The position numbers and the translations under genes were made by a program. A DNA stretch of 64,000 nucleotides from an uncultured delta proteobacterium (GTDB taxonomy: Bacteria > Desulfobacterota > Desulfuromonadia > Geobacterales > DSM-12255): positions 128,001 through 192,000 of the forward strand of contig CAWBBV010000011.1 of NCBI GenBank assembly GCA_963787125.1, given 5' to 3'. Of the stretch, positions 20,334 to 31,377 are shown piece after piece (the stretch's first letter is position 1; the number at the start of each line of letters is the position of its first letter). The notes below the pieces were generated by a model. That model was not told the DNA's origin, did not search any database, and saw only the letters and a list, made by a program, of their open reading frames with translations.

Positions 20334-21614
20334 TTACTCTCCCAGTGTCCCCATGGTCCAGTCAAGGTTAATCCTGGCGACCAGATAGTCGGTGGCAGCC
20401 CTGGCCCGGTTGATCTGGGCCTGGAGAAGATTGGTCTGGGCGTCATCGACTTCGAGACGGATCTTCACCCCGTACTCGTAACCTTTCTCTGCCATCTGCA
20501 GCAACCTCTCCGCCTGCTTGACCGTTCCGGAAAGCGCCGTCAGAATCTCGGACGCCTCCTTGACGTCGTTCAACGCTGTCCGGACCTCCAGTCTGATGCT
20601 GTCGATCAGCTTCAGTTTTTCTATCTCCCCGGTTGCCAGATCACTTTTTGCCTGGGTAACTTTGCCGTCTGTCCTCATGCCGTCGAAAAACGGAAAGGAA
20701 AGATGAACACCGATGCTCCAGGAAGGACCGTCGCTCCTGAGATTATCCAGTTCGAGCTGATGCCAGCCGGCCCCACCTTTCAAGTCGAGTCGCGGCTTAT
20801 TGTCTGCGGCAGCAATGTTTACCAGTTCACCGTAGATACCGATCCGATAGCCAATATCTATAAGTTCCGGACGACTGGTAAGCGCCGTTTTGATGGCATC
20901 TTCAAAGACAGCTGTTGCAGAGACAGTGGGATCGAGGCTACCGACAGCATCAACCTCTTCGTCGGCAATTGCCAGGTGATAGCGCAGTCTCTCCCTGGTC
21001 AGCTTGAGGAGATTCTCCCCGCGGATAACTGCCGGGAGAGAATTTTCAACCGCGACTTCTGCGGCGAGGATGTCGTAGTCAGTGGCAACACCGGCGGCAA
21101 ACCGTTTTTGCGCTTCCTCGGCATGCCTCTGTTTCTGTTTCCGATTCTCACCGGCAACACGCAACAACTCTTTCGAGAGGAGGAGGTTATAAAACGTCAC
21201 CGTCACATCCCGTCTGGCAGCCTGCCGCGCCATTCTGAGCTGCTCTGCAGAAGTTTTCATGCCGATTTCGGCAGCACGGATGGCAGCACCGATTTTCCCC
21301 CAGGTATAAAGGGGCTGGGTAAGCGACAAGCCGACGAGGCTGTCATACTGGGTTACTTCTCCACCTCTTGCTTTTGGCTGACCATTGTCACGCAGCGCGA
21401 CATAGGAGCCGTTAAGGCCCAGCTGGGGAAGGGCTGCCGCGCGTTCTTCGACATATTTCCCCTCCACATAACGGGCATACTCTCCGGCCTTGGCAATATC
21501 GCGGTTCTTCTCCAGAGCGATAGCAACTGCCTGATCCAGTGTCAGGGTGCGGGTTGCAGCGGCTGCGTTTGAAACAAACGCAAAGAGCAGCAGAAAGATT
21601 ACAAAGTATTTCAA
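20334..21614 (-). CDS. TolC-family outer membrane efflux protein
   Basis: LTLDQAVAIALEKN, QPLYTWG, PFFDG; TTG start with GAGG RBS. Confidence 0.92.
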   Translation of the reverse strand: MKYFVIFLLLFAFVSNAAAATRTLTLDQAVAIALEKNRDIAKAGEYARYVEGKYVEERAAALPQLGLNGSYVALRDNGQPKARGGEVTQYDSLVGLSLTQPLYTWGKIGAAIRAAEIGMKTSAEQLRMARQAARRDVTVTFYNLLLSKELLRVAGENRKQKQRHAEEAQKRFAAGVATDYDILAAEVAVENSLPAVIRGENLLKLTRERLRYHLAIADEEVDAVGSLDPTVSATAVFEDAIKTALTSRPELIDIGYRIGIYGELVNIAAADNKPRLDLKGGAGWHQLELDNLRSDGPSWSIGVHLSFPFFDGMRTDGKVTQAKSDLATGEIEKLKLIDSIRLEVRTALNDVKEASEILTALSGTVKQAERLLQMAEKGYEYGVKIRLEVDDAQTNLLQAQINRARAATDYLVARINLDWTMGTLGE

Positions 21615-21640
21615 GGTTGATCTCCTCTAAAGTTCATATC

Positions 21641-21768
21641 AAACCTTAATGGAACACGGAAAAGGCGGAAAAAACGGATAACGGCGGATTAACCGTAAAA
21701 TCAAAGGGAATGCTTAAAAACTGCATTTATCCGCTGTTTCAGATTTGATCCGTGTCCTATTAAGATTT
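21641..21768. repeat. Palindromic miniature repeat element
   Basis: Arms aaaccttaatggaacacgga / tccgtgtcctattaagattt (17/20) with internal cggataa/ttatccg units. Confidence 0.6.
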
Positions 21769-23522
21769 ATTGTTGATAAAACCGCCCGCCGCAAACCGCG
21801 CACCGAGTTTATCAGCCAGATTTCATCTGCCTTGACCAGATCGGCAGGGACGAGCACTGCCTCTTCAGTTGCACCTTTTTCCAGCAACTCCTGCCGCATG
21901 ACTCCTGCCAAAAGCCCGGAATCCAGCTTCGGCGTGAGCATCCTGCCGTCAATCTTCAAGAGCAGATTATGGTAACTCCCCTCGGTCAACTCACCACGTT
22001 CATTGACAAAAAGCACTTCATCCAGATCAGGTCGCTCTCTTCTGGCGGCATCAAGCGACTCCCGGCGGGTTGTCTTGTGGTAGCGGAAAGTGTCGAGTGA
22101 ATTAACCACCTGATCACTCACGGCAAGCCGTAGCAGGTCAGCGGTAAGGGTTAGCGGTTCGGCTGAGATGGCAAATTCACCGTTTTTATCCAGCAGCAGG
22201 CGCACCTTCTGCGTTCCATGCATATCAGCAGCATGACCTTCGAGAGCATTTTTTATCGCCGCCACATCAAAAGTAAAACCGAAGTAGATCGCTGAGTTGC
22301 GCAGTCGCTCCAGATGGCGCTGGAGCAGGTAATAGCTGCCGTTTTCCAGTCGCAATGATTCTATCAGACTGAAATCTGCAGCATCTTGAAAGAGAAAGGC
22401 CGACTTGGTCAGGCACTCCTGGTACTCCTCTGCTGCTTTTGAATCAGTGGTTATTCCGCTGCCGATACCCAGGGAGAGCGTCTGCCTGTCCCGGTCGAAC
22501 AGCACGGTTCTGATGGCAACCGAAAAGAGCGCCTCGCCACCGGGGGCGACATACCCGATTGCGCCGCAGTAGACGCCGCGCGGCCTCGCTTCGAGTTCGG
22601 TGATAATCTCCATGCTCCGCCGTTTGGGAGCGCCGGTGATCGAACCGCAGGGGAAGAGGGCGCTAAAAATTGCGGCAAGGCCGACCCCCTCCCTGACTGA
22701 AGCGGTCACCGTGGAGGTCAGCTGATGGAGCGTCGGGTAGGTTTCAACATCAAAAAGTGACTCAACTTTCACCGACCCGGTTGCAGCAATTATCCCCAGA
22801 TCGTTTCTGAGCAGGTCAACAATCATCAGGTTTTCAGCCCGCTCTTTCGCACTGGCCTTAAGAGCAGCTATCTGTTCCAGATCCTCTGCCAGCCAGCGCC
22901 CTCGCCTGGCAGTCCCTTTCATTGGCCGGGTCCGGAGCAGTCCGTCCTTGAGTGAAAAGAACAGTTCCGGGGAGGCGGAAGCAACAGTGAACCTGCCGGT
23001 ATCGATATAGGCGCTGTAGGAGGCGTGCTGCCCACTTGACAATTTACGGTAAAGCTCAAGCGGCCCGGCGCTGCAAGCACCGCTCAAGTTAAAAGTGTAG
23101 TTGACCTGATAGCAATCGCCGCAGGCTATGTACTCCCGGATACGTTCCACATTGCGGAGATAATTTTCACGGGAGATGTCCGGCTCAAATCCTACCCCAT
23201 CCCCTGCCGAGGGATCGTTAGGATAGTGGTGGGGTTGAGCTTCAACCCGCTCGCTGAAAAGGGCGAACCATGCCAGGGGGAAGTTCTCCAGCGGCGGGAC
23301 TGACCAAAGATCCGGATTCAGTCCGGCGGCAGCCTCGTAGGCGATGAAACCGACAGCGTGTAAACCGTCTGCAGCCGCTTTTTCAATCCGTGCCAAAAGC
23401 GGCAGAACCTCTAACGGTTCCAGCGCCTGCAGAGTTTCTACATAGCCGCTGAAACGCCAGGAGCGGCCATAATCACCGCCGCCGTATGCGTCGAGCAGGA
23501 TCAACGGCGCAGTTTCAGACAT
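21714..23522 (-). CDS. pabB: Aminodeoxychorismate synthase component I fused to a class IV aminotransferase/lyase-like domain
   Basis: GDCYQVN, SPELFF, PMKGT, ENLMIVDLLRND, GSITGAPK; C-terminal HKTT, EGS, GLLAGV, NSVRG. Confidence 0.92.
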   Translation of the reverse strand: MSETAPLILLDAYGGGDYGRSWRFSGYVETLQALEPLEVLPLLARIEKAAADGLHAVGFIAYEAAAGLNPDLWSVPPLENFPLAWFALFSERVEAQPHHYPNDPSAGDGVGFEPDISRENYLRNVERIREYIACGDCYQVNYTFNLSGACSAGPLELYRKLSSGQHASYSAYIDTGRFTVASASPELFFSLKDGLLRTRPMKGTARRGRWLAEDLEQIAALKASAKERAENLMIVDLLRNDLGIIAATGSVKVESLFDVETYPTLHQLTSTVTASVREGVGLAAIFSALFPCGSITGAPKRRSMEIITELEARPRGVYCGAIGYVAPGGEALFSVAIRTVLFDRDRQTLSLGIGSGITTDSKAAEEYQECLTKSAFLFQDAADFSLIESLRLENGSYYLLQRHLERLRNSAIYFGFTFDVAAIKNALEGHAADMHGTQKVRLLLDKNGEFAISAEPLTLTADLLRLAVSDQVVNSLDTFRYHKTTRRESLDAARRERPDLDEVLFVNERGELTEGSYHNLLLKIDGRMLTPKLDSGLLAGVMRQELLEKGATEEAVLVPADLVKADEIWLINSVRGLRRAVLSTINLNRTRIKSETADKCSF

Positions 23523-26500
23523 TGCCACCTTTCCATTTGCGCTTCACCCAGCCGCCAAGATCATCCATCAGCGTATACATGACCGGCACGACCAGAAGGG
23601 TCAGCAGGGTCGAGGTCAGCAGACCACCGACGACCGCCCGCGCCATGGGGGCGCGCATCTCGGCGCCGGCGCCGATGGCCAGAAACAGCGGCATCATCCC
23701 GAAGATCATGGCCAGAGTGGTCATAACAATCGGCCGCAGCCTTGTCCGTCCCGCCAGAATAACGGCATCCCTTCGACCCATGCCGTCCCGCCGCTGCAGC
23801 ACCTTGGCGTAATCGACCAGCAAAATCGCGTTTTTCGTCACCAGCCCCATCAGCATGATCAGACCGATAAGGCTCATGATGTTGACGGTGTCACCGGTCA
23901 GTTTCAGCATGCCGGCCATGCCGACGATGGAGAGTGGCAGGGCAAGCATAATGGCGAACGGCTCGAAAAAAGATTCGAACTGGGCGGCCAGAATCAGGAA
24001 GACAAAAACGATTGCCAACAGGAGCGATTCGCCCATATAACCGAACGACTCCGCCATATCTTCAGCTTCACCGGAAAGATTGAGCGCATAACCAGGGGGC
24101 ATATTGATCCTTTTGGCTGCCGCCTCCACATGCTTGACAGCTGTGCCGATGGGCAGATTATCCAGATTGGCGCTGACCGTAACCTGGCGGGCAAGATCCC
24201 GGCGGTTGATCTCGGTCGGCGAAGCGGCCGTGTGAGGGGTGACCAGGTTTGCCAGCGGAATCAGCTTCGTCCCCCCGGCCCCGTCCGGAATCGAGACTTT
24301 AAGATTGCTCACCTGGGCCGGATCACGGCGCAGACTCTCCGGCAGCCGCACCCGCACATCAATGGCATCACCATCCTCATCTTCGAAAGTGCTGATCGCC
24401 TCACCACCCACCAGACGGCTCAAACTGGCGACGATCCCGCTGGTGGTCACTCCGGCAGCCAGAGCCCGTTCACGATCAACCCGCAGGCGGTATTCCGGAA
24501 TATCATGCTCCAGCGTCACGGCCAGATCAACTATCCCCGGAACCTTGTACAACTCCTCTTTCAGCTTCAGGCCAAGTGTTTTAAGGGTTGCCAGGTCATC
24601 ACCCTTGAGATTGACGTTGAGCGGTTTCTGCGCCCCGCCGACCTGGCCGACCTCTTCGATGGAGAAAGTTATCCCGGCAACGGCCTGGAACTTTTCCCGC
24701 ACATCCCGCTGAATCTGAAACTGATTCCGCTTGCGTTCGCTGCGCTCCTTGAGCTTCAGGTAGATCAGACCGTCACGGACAGTGCCGTTATCGCCGGCAC
24801 CGATAGTTGCATAGTTGTGGTCGATTTCCGGGATTGCCTTCAGAGCCTCAAGCAGGGCGTTCAGGCGTCCTTCCGTCTCTGCCATGCTCGCATCGGGGGC
24901 GGTCTTGAATGATACCTGGAACTCCCCCTTGTCGTAGATCGCCATGAAGGAGGATTCCAGGGTGCTGAAGATAAACAGCCCCAGGACGAACGCGCCGAAA
25001 GCCATCGCCATAATGCTCTTTCTGTGATCCAGCGCCCAGCCGATGGCGCCCCGGTAGCGATCTGCGGCCAGGTCAAACCAGCTGTTGAACTGCTCCAGCC
25101 ACCTGGCAAGCCCTTTACGCCGCCCCTGCATATGGATCGAGGGGTCGTGCCAACGGGAGGAGAGCATCGGATCAAGAGTGAAGGAGACAAAGAGCGACAC
25201 CAGCACGGCAAAGGCGACGCTGATCCCGAACTGGTAGAAAAAGCGGCCGACAATCCCTTTCATGAAGGCGACCGGAATAAAGACGGCGATGATTGACATT
25301 GAAGTGGCAAAGACCGCCAGACCGATCTCGGCAGTACCAAAACGGGCCGCCTGGAGATGATCCTCCCCCCGCTCCAGATGGCGGACAATATTCTCCCGGA
25401 CAACGATAGCATCATCAATCAGCATGCCGATCGCCAGGGAGAGCGCCATCAGAGTCATAACATTCAGGGTCATGCCGAGGGCGTACATAATGATAAAAGC
25501 GGAGATGACCGAAATGGGGAGGGTGATACCGGTGATAACGGTCGAACGCCAGGAGTTGATAAAAAAGAAAACGATCAGAATCGTCAAAATTCCGCCGATG
25601 ATAAGGGTGTCCTTCACATCGGTGAGGGAATCGCGGGTCATGATGGTACCGTCACGCACCATAGTCAGGGTCACATCAGGGGGAAGCTCCTTTTTCACCT
25701 TTTCCATGGTCTTTTTGACTGTGTCTACCAGCTCCACCTCATTGCCGCCGGACTGCTTGTACACATCAAGGCCGATTGCAGGGGCACCGTTGACGGCAGC
25801 GAGCTTGCGTTTCTCCTCAGTACCGTCTGTGACCCGGGCAATTTCGGCTAACGGGATAGCTCTGTTGTTCCTTGTGACAACCGCCATGGCAGCATAGCCA
25901 TCAGCCCGTTCCGGTTTACCGTCAATCCGCATGGGATACTCTGCCGTCCCTTTTGTCAAGCGGCCAAGCGGGGTATTGGTGTTTTCGGAGCGGATACCGG
26001 CAACAACATCATTAACCCCAAGGCCCAGACTGTCCAACTTTGCCGGATCAAGATCGACGCTGATTTCCCTTTTTCTGCCGCCGACCATCTCCACCTTGCC
26101 GACACCGGCAACACTCTCGAAGCGTTTCTTGATCCGCTTTTCCACCAGGATCGTCAGGTCGCGGGGCGACAGTGTCGTTGATTGCACCGCCAGCGAGGCG
26201 ACCGGAGCAGCATTAAAATCCATCTTCTGGATAATCGGCTCGTTGATCCCGTCGGGCAGGGTGCCGCGGATGGAGCCGATCTTGCCGCGGATCTCCTGGG
26301 CGCAATCGTTCACCTTCTGCTCCAGCTGAAACTGCACCATAACCGTCGAGACCCCTTCGCGGGAGGTTGAAAAGACATGCTTTACCCCGGCAATCTGGTT
26401 GACCGAATCTTCAATCCGCTTGGAGATCTCCCGCTCCACCGTTTCCGGAGAAGCTCCGGGGAAGGTGGTAATGACCGAGACCAGCGGGAATTCAACGTTA

Positions 26501-26613
26501 GGGAACATCTCCAGCGGCAGCCGCTTGTAGGAGAAGAGCCCGAGGGTAACGAGCGCCAGCATCATTACCGTGGCGAAGATGGGGCGTTTAATCGATAAAT
26601 CGGAGAGGATCAT
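23515..26613 (-). CDS. RND efflux permease (AcrB/MdtB family)
   Basis: 1032 aa; [29 protein letters not shown]. Confidence 0.96.
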   Translation of the reverse strand: MILSDLSIKRPIFATVMMLALVTLGLFSYKRLPLEMFPNVEFPLVSVITTFPGASPETVEREISKRIEDSVNQIAGVKHVFSTSREGVSTVMVQFQLEQKVNDCAQEIRGKIGSIRGTLPDGINEPIIQKMDFNAAPVASLAVQSTTLSPRDLTILVEKRIKKRFESVAGVGKVEMVGGRKREISVDLDPAKLDSLGLGVNDVVAGIRSENTNTPLGRLTKGTAEYPMRIDGKPERADGYAAMAVVTRNNRAIPLAEIARVTDGTEEKRKLAAVNGAPAIGLDVYKQSGGNEVELVDTVKKTMEKVKKELPPDVTLTMVRDGTIMTRDSLTDVKDTLIIGGILTILIVFFFINSWRSTVITGITLPISVISAFIIMYALGMTLNVMTLMALSLAIGMLIDDAIVVRENIVRHLERGEDHLQAARFGTAEIGLAVFATSMSIIAVFIPVAFMKGIVGRFFYQFGISVAFAVLVSLFVSFTLDPMLSSRWHDPSIHMQGRRKGLARWLEQFNSWFDLAADRYRGAIGWALDHRKSIMAMAFGAFVLGLFIFSTLESSFMAIYDKGEFQVSFKTAPDASMAETEGRLNALLEALKAIPEIDHNYATIGAGDNGTVRDGLIYLKLKERSERKRNQFQIQRDVREKFQAVAGITFSIEEVGQVGGAQKPLNVNLKGDDLATLKTLGLKLKEELYKVPGIVDLAVTLEHDIPEYRLRVDRERALAAGVTTSGIVASLSRLVGGEAISTFEDEDGDAIDVRVRLPESLRRDPAQVSNLKVSIPDGAGGTKLIPLANLVTPHTAASPTEINRRDLARQVTVSANLDNLPIGTAVKHVEAAAKRINMPPGYALNLSGEAEDMAESFGYMGESLLLAIVFVFLILAAQFESFFEPFAIMLALPLSIVGMAGMLKLTGDTVNIMSLIGLIMLMGLVTKNAILLVDYAKVLQRRDGMGRRDAVILAGRTRLRPIVMTTLAMIFGMMPLFLAIGAGAEMRAPMARAVVGGLLTSTLLTLLVVPVMYTLMDDLGGWVKRKWKGGNV

Positions 26614-26648
26614 ATTTATTCAGATTCCTTGTTAAACTAAAGAGAAGA

Positions 26649-26677
26649 TTGACATAGTGCTACACAAGTGGTACGCT
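26649..26677 (+). promoter_or_regulatory. Sigma-70 promoter of the TA operon
   Basis: TTGACA-17 nt-TACGCT upstream of AAGGAG RBS. Confidence 0.65.
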
Positions 26678-26698
26678 TTTACGCAAAGGAGTATAGTC

Positions 26699-26929
26699 AT
26701 GCCTGCAAAAAATCCGCGTATAAATATTGTCTGTGAAGCTCCGCTGTATTACGAAATTTCTCAACTGGCCGAGGCTGAGGGGATATCTCTTTCAGCTACC
26801 GCTAACGACCTTATCCGTGAAGCACTGGAGCTACGCGAAGATCGCGCCCTCTCTGCTCTTGCAGACCATCGGGCAGCAACCTTTGACCGGAAAACTGCAT
26901 TGAGCCTCGATCAGGTCTTCGGCGAGTGA
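26699..26929 (+). CDS. Ribbon-helix-helix antitoxin
   Basis: MPAKNPRINIV...DLIREALELRED; GTGA overlap with the toxin. Confidence 0.8.
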   Translation: MPAKNPRINIVCEAPLYYEISQLAEAEGISLSATANDLIREALELREDRALSALADHRAATFDRKTALSLDQVFGE

Positions 26930-27201
26930 GTTTTACCTTAATCTTTCATCCTGATGTTGCCAGGGACATTGCCCCTCTCAACACAACCTTGAAGGAGCGG
27001 CTGAAGACTGCTATCAGTGAGCGACTAACAACCGAGCCAGCACTCTACGGCAAGCCGCTTCGAGCAACACTTAAAGGTTACTGGAAACTACGTGTCGGCG
27101 ATTACCGGGTTGTTTTTGCCATATGCGGAGACGAGGTCACTGTTTATGCCATCTGCCACCGCAAAGAAGTCTACAACCTCATCCACGGCAGGATCCAATA
27201 G
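26926..27201 (+). CDS. RelE/ParE-family toxin
   Basis: GKPLR...WKLRVGDYRVVF...HRKEVY. Confidence 0.9.
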   Translation: MSFTLIFHPDVARDIAPLNTTLKERLKTAISERLTTEPALYGKPLRATLKGYWKLRVGDYRVVFAICGDEVTVYAICHRKEVYNLIHGRIQ

Positions 27202-28008
27202 CTATTCCCAGACCAGTGTCTCCCCGACCTTCATCTGCCGCAGCAGCATCTCCAGCCCGAGTTTCTTCAGCTCAGCCTTAAACTGCTCGGCAGTTCCGGT
27301 CAGCGCCGGGAATGTGCCGAAATGCATCGGCACCGCCATCATCGGTTGCACCAGCTTCACCGCCTTGGCAGCATCGACCGGCCCCATGGTAAACTTGTCG
27401 CCGATACAGACCAGCATAATGTCTACCTTCCCTTTCAAAAGCGCCATGTCGCCGAACAGATCGGTATCACCGGTATGATAGATGCTGGGTCCCCCTTTCA
27501 CAGAGATCAGGAAGGCACCCGCCCTGCCCGCATAGAGCGGGCCTTTGTCCGTATCCATACTGTCGCCATGAACGGCAGGGATGAATTTAACCAGAACTTC
27601 GCCATCCAGAAGGCGCAAAATACCGCCGAAATTACCGGTTGTCTCCCTTTCAGCCTGTTTTTCCGGGAAGCCCTTATAGGCTACCATTGTCTTTTGCAGG
27701 TCGAATGTCGCCACCAGCTTTGCCCCGGTTTTTTTGGCTATTTCAACAGAATCACCGATATGATCGCCATGGCCGTGGGTCAGAAATATCAGATCAACTT
27801 TAGTGAGCGACTCAAGATCTTTTTTACCATTAGGGTTGGCTGGATTCGTGATCCAGGGATCGACAACCAGAACTTTCCCTCCCGGCGTAACCACCTTGAA
27901 TGCTGACTGCCCGTACCAGGTGATTTGAGCCTTTTCTGCTGCCAAGAGCGGCACCGCTACAAATAGCAGCGCCAATACCGTGATCACGACAAACTTAATC
28001 TTTTCCAT
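27202..28008 (-). CDS. Exported MBL-fold metal-dependent hydrolase (UPF0173-like)
   Basis: Signal peptide; THGHGDH, YHTGDT, PMHFGTF. Confidence 0.9.
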   Translation of the reverse strand: MEKIKFVVITVLALLFVAVPLLAAEKAQITWYGQSAFKVVTPGGKVLVVDPWITNPANPNGKKDLESLTKVDLIFLTHGHGDHIGDSVEIAKKTGAKLVATFDLQKTMVAYKGFPEKQAERETTGNFGGILRLLDGEVLVKFIPAVHGDSMDTDKGPLYAGRAGAFLISVKGGPSIYHTGDTDLFGDMALLKGKVDIMLVCIGDKFTMGPVDAAKAVKLVQPMMAVPMHFGTFPALTGTAEQFKAELKKLGLEMLLRQMKVGETLVWE

Positions 28009-28036
28009 GACTCCCCCTTTTATAGTTTTTCTCTAC

Positions 28037-29179
28037 TTACCTCTTTTCGGCCTTTGCAATTGCTACCCGGTCGCCATCTTTCAGATTAAAACCGCCACGA
28101 ACGACATACTGCTCGCCACTTTTAAGTCCGGCAACTATCTCTATCAACTCACCACTGGCAGCGCCTGTTTTGATCTCCCGTCTCCTTGCCACGCCTGCGT
28201 CTACGGCGTTGACGACCCCTTTACCGGCAGCAAGGTCAAGCGCGGTTATGGCGCTGCGCGGGATCAAAACAAGATCTTTGCGCTCGCCGGTCACAATCCG
28301 CCCCTTGGCAAAGAGTCCGCCCTTAAGGAGTTCCGGCACGTTTTTTACCTCGGCGATAACCTTGAGCGAGCGGTCAACAGAGGAGAGTTCCGGGTTGACA
28401 AACATGACCCTGCCGGTAAAGCTTTTGCCGGGTTGGGAATCAACCGTAAAGTTGAGTGGTTGTCCGGTCTTTACCCGGGCTGAGTCAATGGAGGGGACGG
28501 TAACGGTGAGATTGAGGAGACGATTGTCGACAATCCTGAAAATCGGTTTGCCGGCGGCAGCATCGCTGGCAAGATCGCCGACATTGACATCTCGCATGGC
28601 AACAACCCCATCAAGGGGCGAGCTCACTGCACCCTTGGCAAGACGGGCCTTTGTCTGGCGCAGATCCTCCTCTGCCACCCGTATCTGGGCTTTTGCCGAC
28701 TCCAGCCGCGCCTTGGCAGCATCCGTCTCGGTACGGGAATCATCAATAGCCTGCTGGGTTGCCAAACCTGACTCCTTGAGTTTCTGAGTTCTTGCCTGCT
28801 CACGTTCGGCACGGCTGATCAGTACCTGAGCCTGAGCCTGCCCGGCTTTGGCGGCTTCAAGAGCAGCCTCGGCCCGCTTCACCAGCGCCTCCGTCTCGGC
28901 AAGATCGATCCGCGCCAGCGGTGCCCCTTTGGCGACCCTGACCCATTCACTGACATATACCTGCTTTATGAGACCGGGAATCTGGGTCTTGACATCAGCC
29001 CAATACTTCGGATCAAGGGAACCGGTAACATCGACCCCTTCGGAAAGGTTCTGCAGCGTCGCTACCGCTATTTCCACGGCAACAGGGGGTTTTATACTCT
29101 GGGCCTTATCGTTCTTCCCTGAGCAGGCACAAAGAGCAACCAGACAAAACAACAGCGATACAATCCTGACCATCTTCAT
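28037..29179 (-). CDS. RND periplasmic adaptor (MFP) lipoprotein
   Basis: Lipobox, lipoyl halves, helical hairpin, SPLDGVV. Confidence 0.93.
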   Translation of the reverse strand: MKMVRIVSLLFCLVALCACSGKNDKAQSIKPPVAVEIAVATLQNLSEGVDVTGSLDPKYWADVKTQIPGLIKQVYVSEWVRVAKGAPLARIDLAETEALVKRAEAALEAAKAGQAQAQVLISRAEREQARTQKLKESGLATQQAIDDSRTETDAAKARLESAKAQIRVAEEDLRQTKARLAKGAVSSPLDGVVAMRDVNVGDLASDAAAGKPIFRIVDNRLLNLTVTVPSIDSARVKTGQPLNFTVDSQPGKSFTGRVMFVNPELSSVDRSLKVIAEVKNVPELLKGGLFAKGRIVTGERKDLVLIPRSAITALDLAAGKGVVNAVDAGVARRREIKTGAASGELIEIVAGLKSGEQYVVRGGFNLKDGDRVAIAKAEKR

Positions 29180-29190
29180 CTCTTTACTCC

Positions 29191-29802
29191 TTATTTACGA
29201 ACGCAAACGCCGGCAAGAATCAGCTCCAGGACTTTTACCAGTGAGCCGGCATCCATTCTTGGTGGCGTCCGGCAGATCTGCTCCTCCAGTATTGTATTAT
29301 AACTACCTACAAGCGCCCATTTTAAGATACCGCGATCAACCTCCAGAATTTCACCGCGTTCGATGCCTTCGGCAAGCAGTGCGTCAACTATTTCCAGAGT
29401 CCGGTCAAAGAAACTGTTGAAGTCTATGAAAGGTGCCCCTTGGGACGGACCATAGTAGATCGAAAAAGCAAGCCTGACAGAGGCCAGGTTTTCATGGGCG
29501 CCGGTGAACATGCCGGCAAAGAAGTGAATCAAGCGCTCCTTGACACTCCCGGACAAAACCTGCAGCTCCATGACCCGCTGCTCAAAGATTTGACTGATCC
29601 CCCCCATTATCTCCAGATACAGCCCCTCTTTACTGCCAAAATAGTAGTACAGCACCGGCTTGGTAACTCCGGCAGCCGCGACTATCTCCCGCACCGTTGT
29701 CGTCGCATACCCCTTGGAGGTAAAAAGCCGCAACGCCTCGGCCAGCAGCCGTTCGCGCACCGCCGGATTCTCCTGGACATCCTGTAGCAAAATTTTTTCC
29801 AT
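29191..29802 (-). CDS. TetR/AcrR family regulator
   Basis: GYATTTVREIVAAAGVTKPVLYYYFGSKEGL. Confidence 0.95.
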   Translation of the reverse strand: MEKILLQDVQENPAVRERLLAEALRLFTSKGYATTTVREIVAAAGVTKPVLYYYFGSKEGLYLEIMGGISQIFEQRVMELQVLSGSVKERLIHFFAGMFTGAHENLASVRLAFSIYYGPSQGAPFIDFNSFFDRTLEIVDALLAEGIERGEILEVDRGILKWALVGSYNTILEEQICRTPPRMDAGSLVKVLELILAGVCVRK

Positions 29803-29828
29803 CAACCCTCGCAGACGCTAAACATATT

Positions 29829-29844
29829 TACCTACCGGTAAGTA
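29829..29844. promoter_or_regulatory. Probable TetR operator
   Basis: tacctaccggtaagta, 14/16 palindrome about 27 bp upstream of tetR. Confidence 0.6.
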
Positions 29845-29932
29845 CACCACTTGAATCTTCTCCGTCAAGGAAGAAATTGCATTTTTAATTTCAAGTCAAT
29901 ATACTCACAGGATTACAAAGAAAAGGTCTGCC

Positions 29933-30445
29933 ATGATACAAACCATACTCACCTACCCTGATCCCGAGCTGAAAAAGAAATCAGCCCCCGTAACCATCAT
30001 TAACGAAGCCATCCGGCAACTTGTCCTGGATATGGCGGATACGATGTACGCTGCCCCTGGCATTGGCCTGGCCGCGCCGCAGATAGGCGCCCACCAAAGG
30101 GTCATAGTCATTGACATTGCCGCTAGCGACGAACCGCCGGCGCTCATCGCGGCAATTAATCCTGTTATAGTCCACGCAGAAGGCGAGACTTTTGAGGAAG
30201 AGGGGTGTCTCTCTGTGCCGAAATATGCGGCGAACGTGCGCCGCCACGCAAAAGTCGTCGTCAAAGGCCTGAATGTTGATGGCGAGGAGATGACCTGGAA
30301 AGCGGACGGCCTTCTGGCTATCGCCTTCCAGCATGAAATTGACCATCTGGACGGCATCCTCTTTGTCGATCATATCTCCCAGCTAAAACGTGACATTTTC
30401 CGGCGCAAATATCGCAGAGGCCTGGACCCAGAGGGTAATGACTGA
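29933..30445 (+). CDS. def: Peptide deformylase
   Basis: GIGLAAPQ, EGCLS, QHEIDHLDG. Confidence 0.97.
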   Translation: MIQTILTYPDPELKKKSAPVTIINEAIRQLVLDMADTMYAAPGIGLAAPQIGAHQRVIVIDIAASDEPPALIAAINPVIVHAEGETFEEEGCLSVPKYAANVRRHAKVVVKGLNVDGEEMTWKADGLLAIAFQHEIDHLDGILFVDHISQLKRDIFRRKYRRGLDPEGND

Positions 30446-31377
30446 TGCAGCCACTGCGTATTGTCTTTATGGGAACGCCGCAGTTTGCCTGTCCAACCCT
30501 GCAGATGCTTATCGACCGGGGCGAAAACGTCATTGCCGCAGTTACCCAGCCTGACCGGCCGAAAGGGCGCGGCCAGCAGCTGCAGCCGCCACCGGTAAAG
30601 GAGCTGGCGCAGAGGCATGACATCCACGTCATCCAACCGCTGAAAGTCCGGGCCGCTGAGACAGTTGCCGAGATTCAAGCACTGCAGCCCGATCTTATCG
30701 TAGTTGTCGCCTTCGGTCAGATCCTCCCCAAAGCGCTGCTCGACATCCCCCGCCTCGGCTGCATAAACATCCACGCCTCCCTGCTCCCCAGGTATCGCGG
30801 CGCCGCGCCCCTCAACTGGTGCATCATCAACGGCGAAAATGAGACCGGCATAACCACCATGATGATGGATGTCGGCCTTGATACCGGCGACATGCTGCTG
30901 AAGAAGACAACAACCATAACGCCGGAAGATGATGCCGTCTCCCTGCATGACCGGCTCTCGCTCCTCGGTGCTGAAACCATGGCAGCAACACTTGACCTGC
31001 TCAAGGAAGGGAAACTGGCCCCCGAAAAACAGGATGATAGCTGCAGCTGCTATGCGCCGATGCTGAAAAAGGAGCTGGGAGAGATCAACTGGAACGCCGC
31101 CACTGACACAATCATCAACCTGGTAAGAGGCATAACCCCCTGGCCCGGTGCATATACAAAGAGCGATGGGAAAACCATCAAGATCCACAAAGTCAGGGCA
31201 GCTTCAGGCTCGGGAGCACCTGGAGAAGTTTTGCGGGCAGACAAAGACGGGATAGAAACAGCGACTGCCGACGGGAGCATCATCATTGAAGAGCTGCAGC
31301 TTGAAGGAAAAAAACGACTGAAAGCAGCAGAGTTCCTGGCCGGCTGCAGGCTTGAGCCCGGGAGCTTTCTGTTTTGA
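30445..31377 (+). CDS. fmt: Methionyl-tRNA formyltransferase
   Basis: FMGTP, QPDRP, HASLLPRYRGAAP. Confidence 0.97.
   Translation: MQPLRIVFMGTPQFACPTLQMLIDRGENVIAAVTQPDRPKGRGQQLQPPPVKELAQRHDIHVIQPLKVRAAETVAEIQALQPDLIVVVAFGQILPKALLDIPRLGCINIHASLLPRYRGAAPLNWCIINGENETGITTMMMDVGLDTGDMLLKKTTTITPEDDAVSLHDRLSLLGAETMAATLDLLKEGKLAPEKQDDSCSCYAPMLKKELGEINWNAATDTIINLVRGITPWPGAYTKSDGKTIKIHKVRAASGSGAPGEVLRADKDGIETATADGSIIIEELQLEGKKRLKAAEFLAGCRLEPGSFLF

Noticed and set aside
19569..21572. 667-aa plus-strand ORF
   Set aside because: Wholly antisense to the TolC and binding-protein genes, with no recognisable motifs; a shadow ORF
24130..24912. This and other long antisense ORFs (e.g. 11566-12417, 13071-13913, 30370-31188, 59557-60381)
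   Set aside because: They mirror well-supported genes on the opposite strand and show no motifs
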